DNA from: Spironucleus salmonicida
Lineage: Eukaryota
DNA length: 64,000 nucleotides
Assembly (NCBI RefSeq): GCF_000497125.1
Contig: NC_090597.1
Location: 124,001 to 188,000, forward strand
Direction: 5' to 3'
Shown here: positions 1-11,842 of the stretch, in pieces
Layout: the number at the start of each line of letters is the position of its first letter
How positions within the stretch are numbered: position 1 is the first letter of the stretch
Notes under the pieces: generated by a model
What the model was told of the DNA's origin: nothing
Databases searched by the model: none
What the model saw: only the letters and a program-made list of their open reading frames with translations
Made by a program: the position numbers and the translations under genes

Positions 1-147
1 ATACTAAGAAATACTTTCAACTTTATACTATATTCGCATAAAAGATTAATTGGTCATTAAATAGTCTTCACTTTGTCACTTATATTACAACAGTAGATAA
101 ATGCTCGGCACAAAGTTATTCAGAGAGATGCTTATTTCCTAGGATTT

Positions 148-898
148 TCACTAAACTTCCTATTTCACCTTCCATGTATCGCTTTCTAGTCCACTGCAGC
201 CTCTTTTGACCAATTAGTACTACCTATTTATTAAAATCATCACAATAACAGAAAAACCTACAAGAGCAACTGAGATTACGAATATAATCCCAACGTTAAC
301 TTTTATTTCATAACTGCAGTACCTGATGCAGAATCCTCCAGTTTTGACACTCCAAATAGTTGCTATAACCGTATAAGGTACAGTTCTGCTAAAGATCCAT
401 ACAGTTGTAGCATATGTCGCTAATTATGACTTTGTAATGTTTACAGACCTATCTTTCTCCGAAAATGGAGTAATTCCAGCCATGCAAAGTTACACTATTG
501 AGGCTAGCTAAGTTGAGATCTTTCAACGTAAAGTAGGTCAGGCAAGCAGTATACTCGTTGTAATCGTAGGTGGTACAGTTTCTCTGGCTGTTTTAGCACC
601 TGTACACGGCGATGATGTCGATATCCTTGCAGTACTGGTTAATTTACAGCGTATTATATTCTAGAATAAGATATTTTAGATCACTGACGAACAGGTAGGG
701 GCCGCTGCACTTCAGGTAGATAATCGACAAAGAACATACCGCACAGTTCACCAGCTCACCGCAGGAGAGTTACTGCATTAATCCAGTTTTAACGCACTGG
801 GAGCCCTGACATAGCTGATTTAGGTAGCTTTCATATTTTGCCAGACACGTGCCGTTCTAAATGTATTTTAAGCTATTTTTGGATGAAAAGTAGCCAAT
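148..898 (-). pseudogene. Decayed CRMP fragment, paralog of the 17287/20377 genes
   Basis: Minus strand (code 6) reads IGYFSSKNSLKYIQNGTCLAKYESYLNQLCQGSQCVK..LSCGELVNCAVC..NQYCKD, aligning to QGYFPAKNGEKCIRNGTCLVTQDCGLNQFCQGSKCVK..VSCGELLNCTSC..NQYCKD. Many Cys>Tyr changes; frameshift before the TM segment VGIIFVISVALVGFSVIVMILI; ends TAGTGA at 148-150; no start codon. Confidence 0.75.
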
Positions 899-3215
899 TG
901 GCACATCCTGCCGATGTGGCGCAAAATATAACATAAAGCCAAATTGCGCGGGCTGCGACGGGGAGAGCTGCTGCAGCTGCACGCACGGTTACTTCTTCAC
1001 AGATGGAACGTGCAATATTTGCATCTCAAACTGCCTAATTTGCAGCGGTCCGTTAAATTGCAGCCAGTGCCTAAACGGCTATTTTGAGACACCGGAACGC
1101 TGCCTGCCGTGCGCTGCGAGCATGGAAATCGGCGTAAAATGCCAGTGCGGAAATGCAAAACTAGAGAACTGCGCTGAATGCAATGGGAATTCGTGCGCTA
1201 AGTGCAGGAGCGAATTCAAGCTGATTTCGGGAGGCTGCATTAAGGACCAGTGCTAGAGCGATGCAGACTGTGCAAAACCGGAGTTCTGTGCGGTTAGTCC
1301 CAGTGAGGTGAATTTGTGCAAGGCCTGCGGGAGCATGTGTCAATCCTGCACAGAAAATGAAAATAAGTGCTTAAGCTGCAAGAATGGTATGTTTTTGGAC
1401 TAGAATGTGTGTAAAACGTGTGGCACTAGCATAGCTGCTGGGGTTTAGTGTTAGTGCGGCGATATTCTGGTTGATAATTGCGGCAAATGTGGTGATAATG
1501 TCTGCGAAATCTGCGTCAGCGGGTTCAGATTAGAGGCTGATAAATGCACTTTGTGCTCAGAAGAATAGTAATTAGGACGTTACTGCACGTGCTAAGGCTT
1601 TAGCATAACAAATTGCATCTCCTGTGATGATATTGGGTGCAGCGCGTGCAAGACCCCTTTGACACTTAAGGGGTAGGTATGTCTAGCAGATGAGTGCTTA
1701 ATAGATTCTGAATGTAAAAGAGGGCAGTTTTGTTAAACAAGTAGTATTGTGACTAATGCATGCGTGAATTGTGCGGATAGCTGTGATTAATGTGAAGGTT
1801 CAGCTGAGAACTGCATATCCTGTGGTCCCAACAAGTTTTTAGTTAACGCAGTTTGCATAAATTGCAGCTTTAATTAGGAGCCGGGTGCTGCTTGCAACTG
1901 CGGTTTAATGAAGATTGAAAATTGTGGCTTATGCGGTGATAATGTGTGTAATTCGTGCATAAATGGATACCGTCCAGATAGTAACGCATGTGTTGCCTGC
2001 TCTATAACTCAACCAATAGGCAGTTCCTGCGACTGCCAGGGATAAGGAGTGTAAAACTGTGTTTCGTGTGATTCTACAGGCTGTCGTGCGTGTTTAGGTG
2101 AGTTCAAGCTGATATAAAGAGAGTGCGTCGCCGATGAATGCCAGACTAATGAGGAATGCGTAAAAGGCTAGTTCTGCTAGATCAGCGCAAACTTAGCAAA
2201 CCTGTGCGAGAAGTGCTCAGAAACCTGTGAGACCTGCTAAACTTCAGCAAATAACTGCCTTAGCTGCAAAACTGACAGCTACTTACAAGAGAACCAATGC
2301 TAAACCTGCGCGTTCAGCTAACCGCTAGGAAAGATCTGCACATGCGGCTCTGCAAATGTGGAAAACTGCGGCTAGTGCATGGAAAACATCTGCAAGGCCT
2401 GTATAGAGAACTACAGTCTGCAACGCACCGCCTGCGTACTATGTTAGAATTCCTTACCAATTGGCTCAAGTTGCACGTGTCAGGGGCTGCAGATTCCCAA
2501 TTGCGCAAAATGTAACGACTCCGGCTGCGCTGAGTGCGTACTAGAGTCATAATTGGTCAACGGTGTATGCGTGCAGAACTTGTGCAGCGAGAGCGTAAAG
2601 TGCCCAACGGGGCAGATTTGCGAGATATTACCAGGAAAACCGAATGTCTGCAAGGTGTGAACACCAAATTGTCAATAGTGCAGTATGGTCGGATCCTGCG
2701 ATTTGTGCCAGAGCGATTTCTTTAAAAACGGGGTAGCCTGCACGAGATGCGTAGAGATCAGTAGCGAAGAGTGCAACTGCGCCGGAACAATGATAAAATA
2801 ATGCGCTAGATGCGATAAAGACTAATGCAGTTTATGTGCGATCGGCGCAATCTTCAAGGATGGAGCGTGCGTAAGCTGCTCAGAAATGCAGTTGGGAGGC
2901 GTCTGCATCTGCGGAAAACTCGTAGCAAACTGCGTTTCGTGCGATAGCAACGGCGGCTGTGGTACATGTCTGGATGGATTGAGAAACGTAGATGGGCAGT
3001 GCGTGGACTGTACTAAAAATCCAGAGCTTTGCAAGACAAATTTAGGTACAAATCAGATAATATATATCGTACTTGGCGTTATAGCGGGAGTTTGTTTGAT
3101 CATAGGAATTGTTATTGTAGTTAAGATAGTGAAAAAGCGCAAATCTATTAAAAGTGATGAGTATAATAGCGCTGAGCTACTGACGAGGAATAATTCCAGC
3201 AGCTAGATGTACTGA
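861..3215 (+). pseudogene. CRMP (784 codons) interrupted by one in-frame TGA at 2658-2660
   Basis: ATG 861, dense CxxC/CxC repeats read through TAA/TAG, TM IIYIVLGVIAGVCLIIGIVIVVKIV followed by KKRK, terminal TGA 3213-3215 then GTGA. Codon 2658-2660 is TGA where the duplicate has TGC. Confidence 0.85.
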
Positions 3216-4947
3216 GTGAAGAATTTGCATGGTCGGGTTACTGATACGTAATATTTGAATAATAAAAATAAATGGTCGATTTTAGCAGTAACTATGGAGA
3301 AAATTATAGATTATTGGAGTAGGAGAGATTTAATTAGGTAAATCGACCTACTGGTAGCTAGTAGAAGCAATTTAGTTAAGGTGGTGGAATCATAATTCAA
3401 AGGTATAACAGCGGATACTAGTTCATGATGATTTTGGTGGCTCTTATTATATATGTTTAAGTGAATTTTGGTTAGGACTATATGAAAGTGGGATTTAATT
3501 AAAGGACCACAACAAGCTGGAAAATTCACAAAAATTAATGTCTATAGTTTATTAAGTTAAGTACTATTTAATATCAAAATAAAGCGATTAAACTAGTTAA
3601 TACTTTAAAACAAATTATTGTTGGTAACATCTGAGTTTCACGTACTTTCGGCATGCAACTTGTATATTTAAATATTAAGGTAGCGTCGTAAGTAGTTTAT
3701 TTTATTAGTTAAATCTAAATATACCTTTTACATATAAATTTATTATAAATATCTGTTACTAGTATACCTGTTAATACTTTACATCTGGTACATATTTAAA
3801 TTTTTCATTATTTTAAATTAAAAGTAATATTATATGCATATAATACGTATGAAATGAAACTGTAAACTTAGTGTAATTATATATTGCTTTAGGTAATAAG
3901 AAACTTTTATATTATTCTGGTGTAATTAAAATATTCTAGAAAAGGTATTGACAATAATTTAAGTTGAAAATATCAACTTAATTTTTTATCTTCCGTTATG
4001 ACAATTGATTAGTTTTATTTTATACTGATTTAAATTGGACTAGTGTTAATCTCTATTATATGATTGTATATTTTTCTTATAACTTATTTCATCTTAGTTT
4101 TATAAATATACGAATTTATTTTCAGTATACTATAATATATTCAACTTCAACCCTACATATACACTGTTTTCTTACCACTTAAAATATTTATTAATTCTAA
4201 AAATAAACCTACTATTTACAGGAATTTCTGATTTCCTAATTTTAATTTAATAATTATAACATCAGTATACTTCACTTTATATAAAATCGAATTTTTATGA
4301 AAATGTATTCTAATATAATATTTTATGATTTGTTAATAAATCAAAATTAAACTTAAATTTAGTTGCACCAGTTTCCTATCAAAATAGCATATTATAATAT
4401 ATCTATAAAACTACATTTTAACCTATATCAGGAGCTAAAAATGAATACACATAACTTAAGGAGAATGAAAAGTGATCGTTTAGGTGAAGGCTGTCGTATA
4501 CCTCTCAGTCCGCATTTAAATTGTATGACTGAGGAACAGCCTAGACTAATCTAAATGAGCGATATTCGTTTGGCGTAATGCAATTTGTCAATTTCGGATA
4601 ATTTGAGTTTACCCGAACCTGATTTTGTAGATATATAGACAGTTTTGAATTAAGATTGGTAGTATCAGTGAATTTAATAGTTTGAAGTTGTTTTCGAGTA
4701 ATGATTTAATTTTAGGAAGAAAAGTACTTTTATCTCAAATTTGACGTTGGTTAGAAGTGATTTTAATGGTTAAATACATATATAGATCTAGCTGAGATAA
4801 AATATTACAACTAATATTTCTAGCTACACAAAATTAGACTTTTTACTAAAGCATTTATATTAGTTAAAAGTTGAGGAATTTATACTAATATGTATAATAG
4901 TACTAATATAAGATTTTAAGAAATTCGAACCTGCGCGAGTCGCTAGG

Positions 4948-4984
4948 CCCGTCGCCCCCGCTCCCCCGATTTTCCCCTTCAAAA
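4948..4984 (+). promoter_or_regulatory. C-rich element immediately upstream of the H2A start
   Basis: cccgtcgcccccgctcccccgattttccccttcaaaa-ATG in an otherwise very AT-rich flank. Near-identical at the other two H2A copies, and a similar C-rich run precedes the GC-rich CRMP at 32343. C-rich upstream motifs are reported for Spironucleus. Confidence 0.5.
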
Positions 4985-5344
4985 ATGGCCATTGACAACA
5001 AAGCCAAGTCCAGATCCACCCGTGCCGGTATCATCTTCCCCGTCGGTCGTATCCACAGGCATCTCAAGGAGGGCCGCTACGCCGACCGTATCTCCTCCGA
5101 CGCCCCCGTCTACATGGCCGCCATCCTCGAGTCCGTCATCGACGAGGTGTTCAAGGAAGCCCTCAACCAGAAGGACAAGAAGTCCACCAAGCGTATCACC
5201 CCCAACAACATCGTGAACGCCATCCGCAAGGACAAGGAGCTCAACGAGATCTTCAAGGACGTCGTCATCCGCGACGGCGGTGTCGCCAGACTCGAGGACG
5301 AGAAGAAGCACACCTCCAAGTCCAAGAAGTCCCAGGACCAGTGA
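4985..5344 (+). CDS. H2A: Histone H2A (119 aa), C-terminal SQDQ
   Basis: SRSTRAGIIFPVGRIHRHLK, APVYMAAILE and KRITP motifs; GC-rich codon usage; stop within CAGTGA. Confidence 0.97.
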   Translation: MAIDNKAKSRSTRAGIIFPVGRIHRHLKEGRYADRISSDAPVYMAAILESVIDEVFKEALNQKDKKSTKRITPNNIVNAIRKDKELNEIFKDVVIRDGGVARLEDEKKHTSKSKKSQDQ

Positions 5345-5363
5345 TATATTCTTGTTTACCCTG

Positions 5364-5545
5364 TCACTCCCTCTCGCCCAGGTACTCCGCCACCATGCGA
5401 ATCCCGGCGTCCAGCCGCTGCAGCGCGACGCGCATCCCGAGCTGGTCCGCCGTTCCCAGCACGTCCTTCTCCATGGACGTGAACCGCTGGGCCAGCTGCA
5501 GAATGTCGTGCGCGATGATCGTCACCGGGTCGATCAGTGTGGCCT
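5364..5545 (-). pseudogene. 5'-truncated fragment of the 126-aa hypothetical gene convergent with H2A
   Basis: Matches the 3' part of 30361-30741 and breaks off at the duplication boundary. Confidence 0.85.
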
Positions 5546-6658
5546 ACAAGAATATAATATGCTGCCTAACTATACGTATTTTTCCTCAAACTGAAAGTTT
5601 CCATTATAATAAATAAGTGTTTCATTCTGTTGTTATGTTAATTTTATATGATTAATATGCTTATTACCAAGTAAAGATACTTAATATTTCTTAAGACTAA
5701 AATATCCATATATAATATTTATATAATATATAATATTACTTATATTGTATGATATTCTTGAATCAGAGATGTCAGGATAAAATTTTAAGAATGTTATTTA
5801 TATATTATACCATTAGAGATTATAACAGATGAGTATTATTCTAATTAGCATTTGGAGAATAAAATTAATTAACTGATGTTTTATTTAGTCCATACTAATT
5901 TTAGATGTGTTGGATTTTTTTAAATGGGAAATAAATGCTTTTCAAATATATTATGTTAATTGAATGATACTTTATTATGGATATTTCAAAATTATAATTT
6001 TTATTTTAGCAACAAAATATTAACTTTTAACTATATTATATTTGCTCTACTTTATAAAATAAATAAAACAAACTAAATATATTATTGTAAGCTGTTATAA
6101 TAATTTGTTGTTTTGAGTACTTATATTTAATATAATAATATATATTGCATTCAGACTTTTATCATTCTGTTATAAGCAAAAAATTAAATTTATATAAGTA
6201 TATTAATTTATTTTTATTTTATCTCATAATATGAATAATTTGATTTAATAATACAAATATAAAAGTTTTTTCGGTTTTACATATTGGTAAATATAATAAT
6301 TTATTCTTAACATTGATTTAACTTGCTGAACATATAATAATTATTGATAAATACAATAAGTGTGATACAAATTAATAACGTAATTTTTCATAATCTTATT
6401 AGATACTAGTTATATTTATAGTCTAACCTTTTATTAAATAAAATCATACTATTAAAGCATTTACAAACAACATTTTAAGATTATTATGATGTATTATAAA
6501 ATTTAATATGTAATATTAAGTCTAGTTTTCCTCATACCATAAACAAGTATTTAAAACATACATCTATGTATTAATTTATTTTTCTAGAAACAATGAAACG
6601 AGTAAAGTTAACTATTTTTTACTAATAAAATGTTTTGATAGAAATAATTACACCTAAA

Positions 6659-8421
6659 ATGACAGCTCAATGTAATTCTGATGGAGAAACATCATGCCCA
6701 GAAGCGTTTTACTGTCAATCTAGTGCTTCAGAGTATCCAACTAACTGCATTGCATGTGATGAATCATGTCTTTCATGCTCTGAAGCTGGATCTGATAAAT
6801 GTTCTTCCTGCGTCGCAGGAAAATTCTAAGTGGTGAATCATGTGCATCTTGCAATGATAAATGCTCCAAGTGCTCTGATAATGCGACTACTTGTTAAGGA
6901 TGCTCCAATGGAAATTTCTTAACAGGAACTAGTTGTGTAGCCTGCAAGTCAGGATAAGCAGTAAAATGAACTTATGGAAGTGCTAATAATTGTTCTACAT
7001 GTGATACTGCCAATAAAAAATAATGCGCAACTTGCATAGGAAATTATGATATTTTTGGATCCTCACCTTGTAGTACTTGCAAATCCGGCTATTTCGAAAC
7101 TAACAGTAATCCTAAAACATGTACAGCATGTACCTTTCCTTGTTCTACTTGTGATAGTGCTAGTACCTGCACGTCCTGTGCCAACGGCTACATTCTGGGG
7201 GGAGGCGCCTGCACCGCCTGTACTCCCTCGCAAACTGAGGCCTGCACCTGCGGGTCCACGCCGAACTGCGCGACCTGCGACTCGGACAGCATGGCTAAGT
7301 GTGCCACCTGCGTCAACAATTTTGACCCGGATGGCGCCTCCCCGTGCCAGTCGTGCCTGCCGGGATTTTTCAAGTCCGGGTCGGCCGGTAGCGAGACCTG
7401 CGTGGCATGCGCGGATAGGAACTGCAAGACCTGCTCCGTGAGCAAGGACGCCTGCACGGAATGCAAGGACGGCTATGAGATCACGGATGGCAAATGCGAG
7501 AAGAAATGTACGGTGGATGACAATTCCTGCTCCATGAACCAAGTATGCGACACAATATGCAGGGACTGTACGAGCAACTGCGCGACCTGTGCAGGGATGG
7601 TTAGCACCTGTAGAAGCTGCATCGCAGGATTCGTCTTGTAGGGCTAAGAGTGCCAAGCGTGCCCTGATGGTTGCGCAAACTGCGCGGATAACAAGGACGT
7701 GTGCCAGATCTGCAAAGATAACTTTTTAATCAAGGATGGGGCCTGCGCTGCCTGCAAGGATAACACTACCGAGCAATGCCAGTGTAATGTTGCCGTCCAC
7801 TGCGCGACATGTGATAGCGGCGAAGCCGTAAAATGTGGTACCTGCGTAGCTGGGTACAAGAAGGCGATGGACGACTCCTGCTCCGTGTGCGTCGAGGGAT
7901 ACATAATGATGAAAGCTATCTGCATAAAATGCGAGGCGAAGTGCAAAACCTGTTCTCAGAGTACAGATGTCTGCGATACCTGTGAGGATGGGCACCAGAT
8001 GACCATCAACCAGACCTGCTAGGCAAATTGTAGTGAGCTGACCAATGGTAACGCGTGCGTGAATGGAAGTGCGGCCAACTGCGGCGGGCTCGACCAGATC
8101 ACCGATTGTAAGTGTGGGGCCGCTAGCAACTGCGCCTCCTGCGATAGCTAGAACACCAACAAGTGTGGAGCATGCATGGTTGGGTACAAGCTCGAAAACG
8201 AAGTATGCTCGACCTGCACAGATGATGCCGAGCAGGTTGGCTCGTTGTGCTTCATACGTGGCGAGGCGGAATCTAACAAACTCTCAGGTGGTGCTGTTGC
8301 CGGCATCGTGATCGCGGTCCTGCTAGTTGTAGGTATGCTTGTAGGTGGTATTTTCTGGTATATGAAGAAGTCTAAAGCGGCATCTGCGACTGAAGAGCAG
8401 TCTGCAGGGATGTAGGAGTGA
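6659..8421 (+). pseudogene. CRMP with damaged 5' part and intact 3' part
   Basis: MTAQCNSDGETSCPEAFYC... with a 1-nt frameshift near 6827 and an in-frame TGA at 6967-6969 at an expected Cys. Then open CxxC repeats to TM GAVAGIVIAVLLVVGMLVGGIFWYM, KKSK tail, stop in GAGTGA at 8419-8421. Confidence 0.85.
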
Positions 8422-8858
8422 CAAAAGTTTAATGATGTTGCTAAATATAGGTCGAGAAGGCGATAATGGAAGCTCTGGAAGCAGCTGTAAACTTCCAAGA
8501 CAGACTAAATATAGAAATATTGGGTACTCTCAGTCTGGAATCCACTTATCGGCATGCTAGATCCCATTTTGGAATCTCACAACATTTCACGACCCTCATC
8601 TTTTAGAGTATGACTAGGTGCCCGCTGCGGCATTTCAGCACGATCCCGATCCATTTTCATTTACTTTCCATTTTTCGTTTTATTCCAACCATTCCCCCTT
8701 CCATCCCTCCACCAGGCTTTACAAGATTGCTATATAGCAGGAAGTCCTGTGTATTTTATTCAAAATCGATGGAGCCCACATCATGCCCTCTAGCCATCAG
8801 AACCATATGTTGTGGTCGCATAATACATGCTGAGCCTATGTAGTCTGCTCACTCCTTA
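7149..8858 (+). repeat. Inverted repeat 1, left arm (partner 9440-11093; 581-bp spacer)
   Basis: Reverse complement of 9440-11093 (coordinate sum 18298 over most of the arm). Differences seen: 60-bp indel, G6 versus G10 run, one substitution near 8809. Confidence 0.95.
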
Positions 8859-9439
8859 TACCAGTTATAAAATATCGTTTAATGCGTTCAATAGCTTGTA
8901 TGGTACTCGTATATTAAATTGCTCACTATCCAACCATCATGAACTCAGTTTTCTTAGACTGTGATGTTATACAAATATAAAGTGCCGAAATCAAGACTAT
9001 AATCCGATGATCCATTCTGTATCCAAAATTTAGATAGCATCATACAATTCTACATATAGAACGGGCACCCGATTTGGAACATGCAAAACTATATATTCTG
9101 ATTGGTGCAGCTGCACACAAGTAGTTCTGATGATCAATAAAATTAATAGTAATATAAATAATGCCTTCATATTTATTAATATACTTATATATCAAACTAC
9201 ATCATCTTTTCACTTTGGATGTTCGTATGTTGTCTGGCGAATATTGCATGGTCCAGATTGCTACGTATATAAAGGTGCTCATCCATTATAGAAAATACAT
9301 GGTATATTCTTTGACTAAATCCCAAGAGGTTAATAAGAGCAAGTGTCCTATTTATACTACACACGTGGAAAAGTTACAAAGTCCTGGGTGCCGTCAGACG
9401 TCGTTACATCAAGCTAAAAATTCGGGAGGCAGATATGTG

Positions 9440-11093
9440 TAAGGAGTGAGCAGACTACATAGGCTCAGCATGTATTATGCGACCACAGCATATGGTTCTG
9501 ATGGCTAGAGGGCATGATGTGGGCTCCATCGATTTTGAATAAAATACACAGGACTTCCTGCTATATAGCAATCTTGTAAAGCCTGGTGGAGGGATGGAAG
9601 GGGGAATGGTTGGAATAAAACGAAAAATGGAAAGTAAATGAAAATGGATCGGGATCGTGCTGAAATGCCGCAGCGGGCACCTAGTCATACTCTAAAAGAT
9701 GAGGGTCGTGAAATGTTGTGAGATTCCAAAATGGGATCTAGCATGCCGATAAGTGGATTCCAGACTGAGAGTACCCAATATTTCTATATTTAGTCTGTCT
9801 TGGAAGTTTACAGCTGCTTCCAGAGCTTCCATTATCGCCTTCTCGACCTATATTTAGCAACATCATTAAACTTTTGTCACTCCTACATCCCTGCAGACTG
9901 CTCTTCAGTCGCAGATGCCGCTTTAGACTTCTTCATATACCAGAAAATACCACCTACAAGCATACCTACAACTAGCAGGACCGCGATCACGATGCCGGCA
10001 ACAGCACCACCTGAGAGTTTGTTAGATTCCGCCTCGCCACGTATGAAGCACAACGAGCCAACCTGCTCGGCATCATCTGTGCAGGTCGAGCATACTTCGT
10101 TTTCGAGCTTGTACCCAACCATGCATGCTCCACACTTGTTGGTGTTCTAGCTATCGCAGGAGGCGCAGTTGCTAGCGGCCCCACACTTACAATCGGTGAT
10201 CTGGTCGAGCCCGCCGCAGTTGGCCGCACTTCCATTCACGCACGCGTTACCATTGGTCAGCTCACTACAATTTGCCTAGCAGGTCTGGTTGATGGTCATC
10301 TGGTGCCCATCCTCACAGGTATCGCAGACATCTGTACTCTGAGAACAGGTTTTGCACTTCGCCTCGCATTTTATGCAGATAGCTTTCATCATTATGTATC
10401 CCTCGACGCACACGGAGCAGGAGTCGTCCATCGCCTTCTTGTACCCAGCTACGCAGGTACCACATTTTACGGCTTCGCCGCTATCACATGTCGCGCAGTG
10501 GACGGCAACATTACACTGGCATTGCTCGGTAGTGTTATCCTTGCAGGCAGCGCAGGCCCCATCCTTGATTAAAAAGTTATCTTTGCAGATCTGGCACACG
10601 TCCTTGTTATCCGCGCAGTTTGCGCAACCATCAGGGCACGCTTGGCACTCTTAGCCCTACAAGACGAATCCTGCGATGCAGCTTCTACAGGTGCTAACCA
10701 TCCCTGCACAGGTCGCGCAGTTGCTCGTACAGTCCCTGCATATTGTGTCGCATACTTGGTTCATGGAGCAGGAATTGTCATCCACCGTACATTTCTTCTC
10801 GCATTTGCCATCCGTGATCTCATAGCCGTCCTTGCATTCCGTGCAGGCGTCCTTGCTCACGGAGCAGGTCTTGCAGTTCCTATCCGCGCATGCCACGCAG
10901 GTCTCGCTACCGGCCGACCCGGACTTGAAAAATCCCGGCAGGCACGACTGGCACGGGGAGGCGCCATCCGGGTCAAAATTGTTGACGCAGGTGCAGGCCT
11001 CAGTTTGCGAGGGAGTACAGGCGGTGCAGGCGCCTCCCCCCCCCCAGAATGTAGCCGTTGGCACAGGACGTGCAGGTACTAGCACTATCACAA
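9440..11093 (-). repeat. Inverted repeat 1, right arm
   Basis: Reverse complement of 7149-8858; mirrored ORFs in the track (8176..8415 vs 9883..10122). Confidence 0.95.
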
Positions 11094-11710
11094 ACGCTGC
11101 AGTTTGGTTGGCAGTCAGTACATATTTTGGGATTGCCAGAGCTCTCAAAGAAGCCGACCTTGCATTTAGAGCATTGTGGGGTAGAGTTCAAATCGAAGCC
11201 TCCAAAACAGGCTCCACAAGAATCAATATCACCACCACAAAAGAGACAATTTTTAGCATTATCGCAAACGCACGGAATCGGTTGGTCGCCTGCACAGGTT
11301 TGGCAGACCCCTGCAGCCATGATGTTCCCGTTTGCGCAAATGCCACATTTAGTCAATCCTGAATCGCAGGTGGAGCAGTTTACGGCAGTTCCGCAAGTGC
11401 AATTTTTGGTTGCATCCGCGAAGCACATTGTACATTCATTGCCATTAAGAGCATTTCCACTGACACATTCTGAGCAGTTAGTAGCAGATCCAGAGCACTT
11501 ATCACATTTTTCATTACATTTTACGCAAGAGGTGTTGCTTGAAAAGGTGCCATCTGGGCATGTTAAGCACTTATCTGAATCACCTGCGGAACAGGTGAGG
11601 CAGGAGTCGTGGCATGGAATGCAGTCCGTTGGAAAATTTGTTGCATCGGCGGGACAGTAAGTTTTCTCAGGGCATGAAGTGTCCGCAGCTGCAGCGCATT
11701 GGGACGTCAT
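9877..11710 (-). pseudogene. CRMP with intact 5' part, frameshifted at a G10 run (11036-11045)
   Basis: MTSQCAAAADTSCPEKTYC... open to CANGYILGGG, then out of frame. The downstream frame continues with the same CxxC/TM/tail as 7203-8421 minus 20 codons. Could be a homopolymer sequencing error. Confidence 0.8.
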
Positions 11711-11820
11711 TTGGAGCGTAATGATTCATGACAATTATTCTGATAAAATAAAATAAAATAATAAGTTTTGATGTTTTATTGTTTTTTGAAGATAATTGAT
11801 TTGCGTATTTTTAGTAGTAG

Positions 11821-11842
11821 ATATATATATATATATATATAT
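11821..11842. repeat. (AT)11 microsatellite
   Basis: atatatatatatatatatatat about 110 bp upstream of the 11710 start. Confidence 0.9.

Larger units (their letters stand above)
1..5545 (+). repeat. Segmental direct duplication, copy 1 (open at window start); partner 24998-30542
   Basis: Matches 24998-30542 at constant offset 24997 with scattered substitutions only. Identity ends at ...ggcct (5545/30542) inside the gene convergent to H2A. Confidence 0.95.

Noticed and set aside
6967-6969. TGA at Cys positions (6967, 17269) as programmed selenocysteine
   Set aside because: Both lie among other lesions (frameshifts, Cys>Tyr), so ordinary decay explains them.
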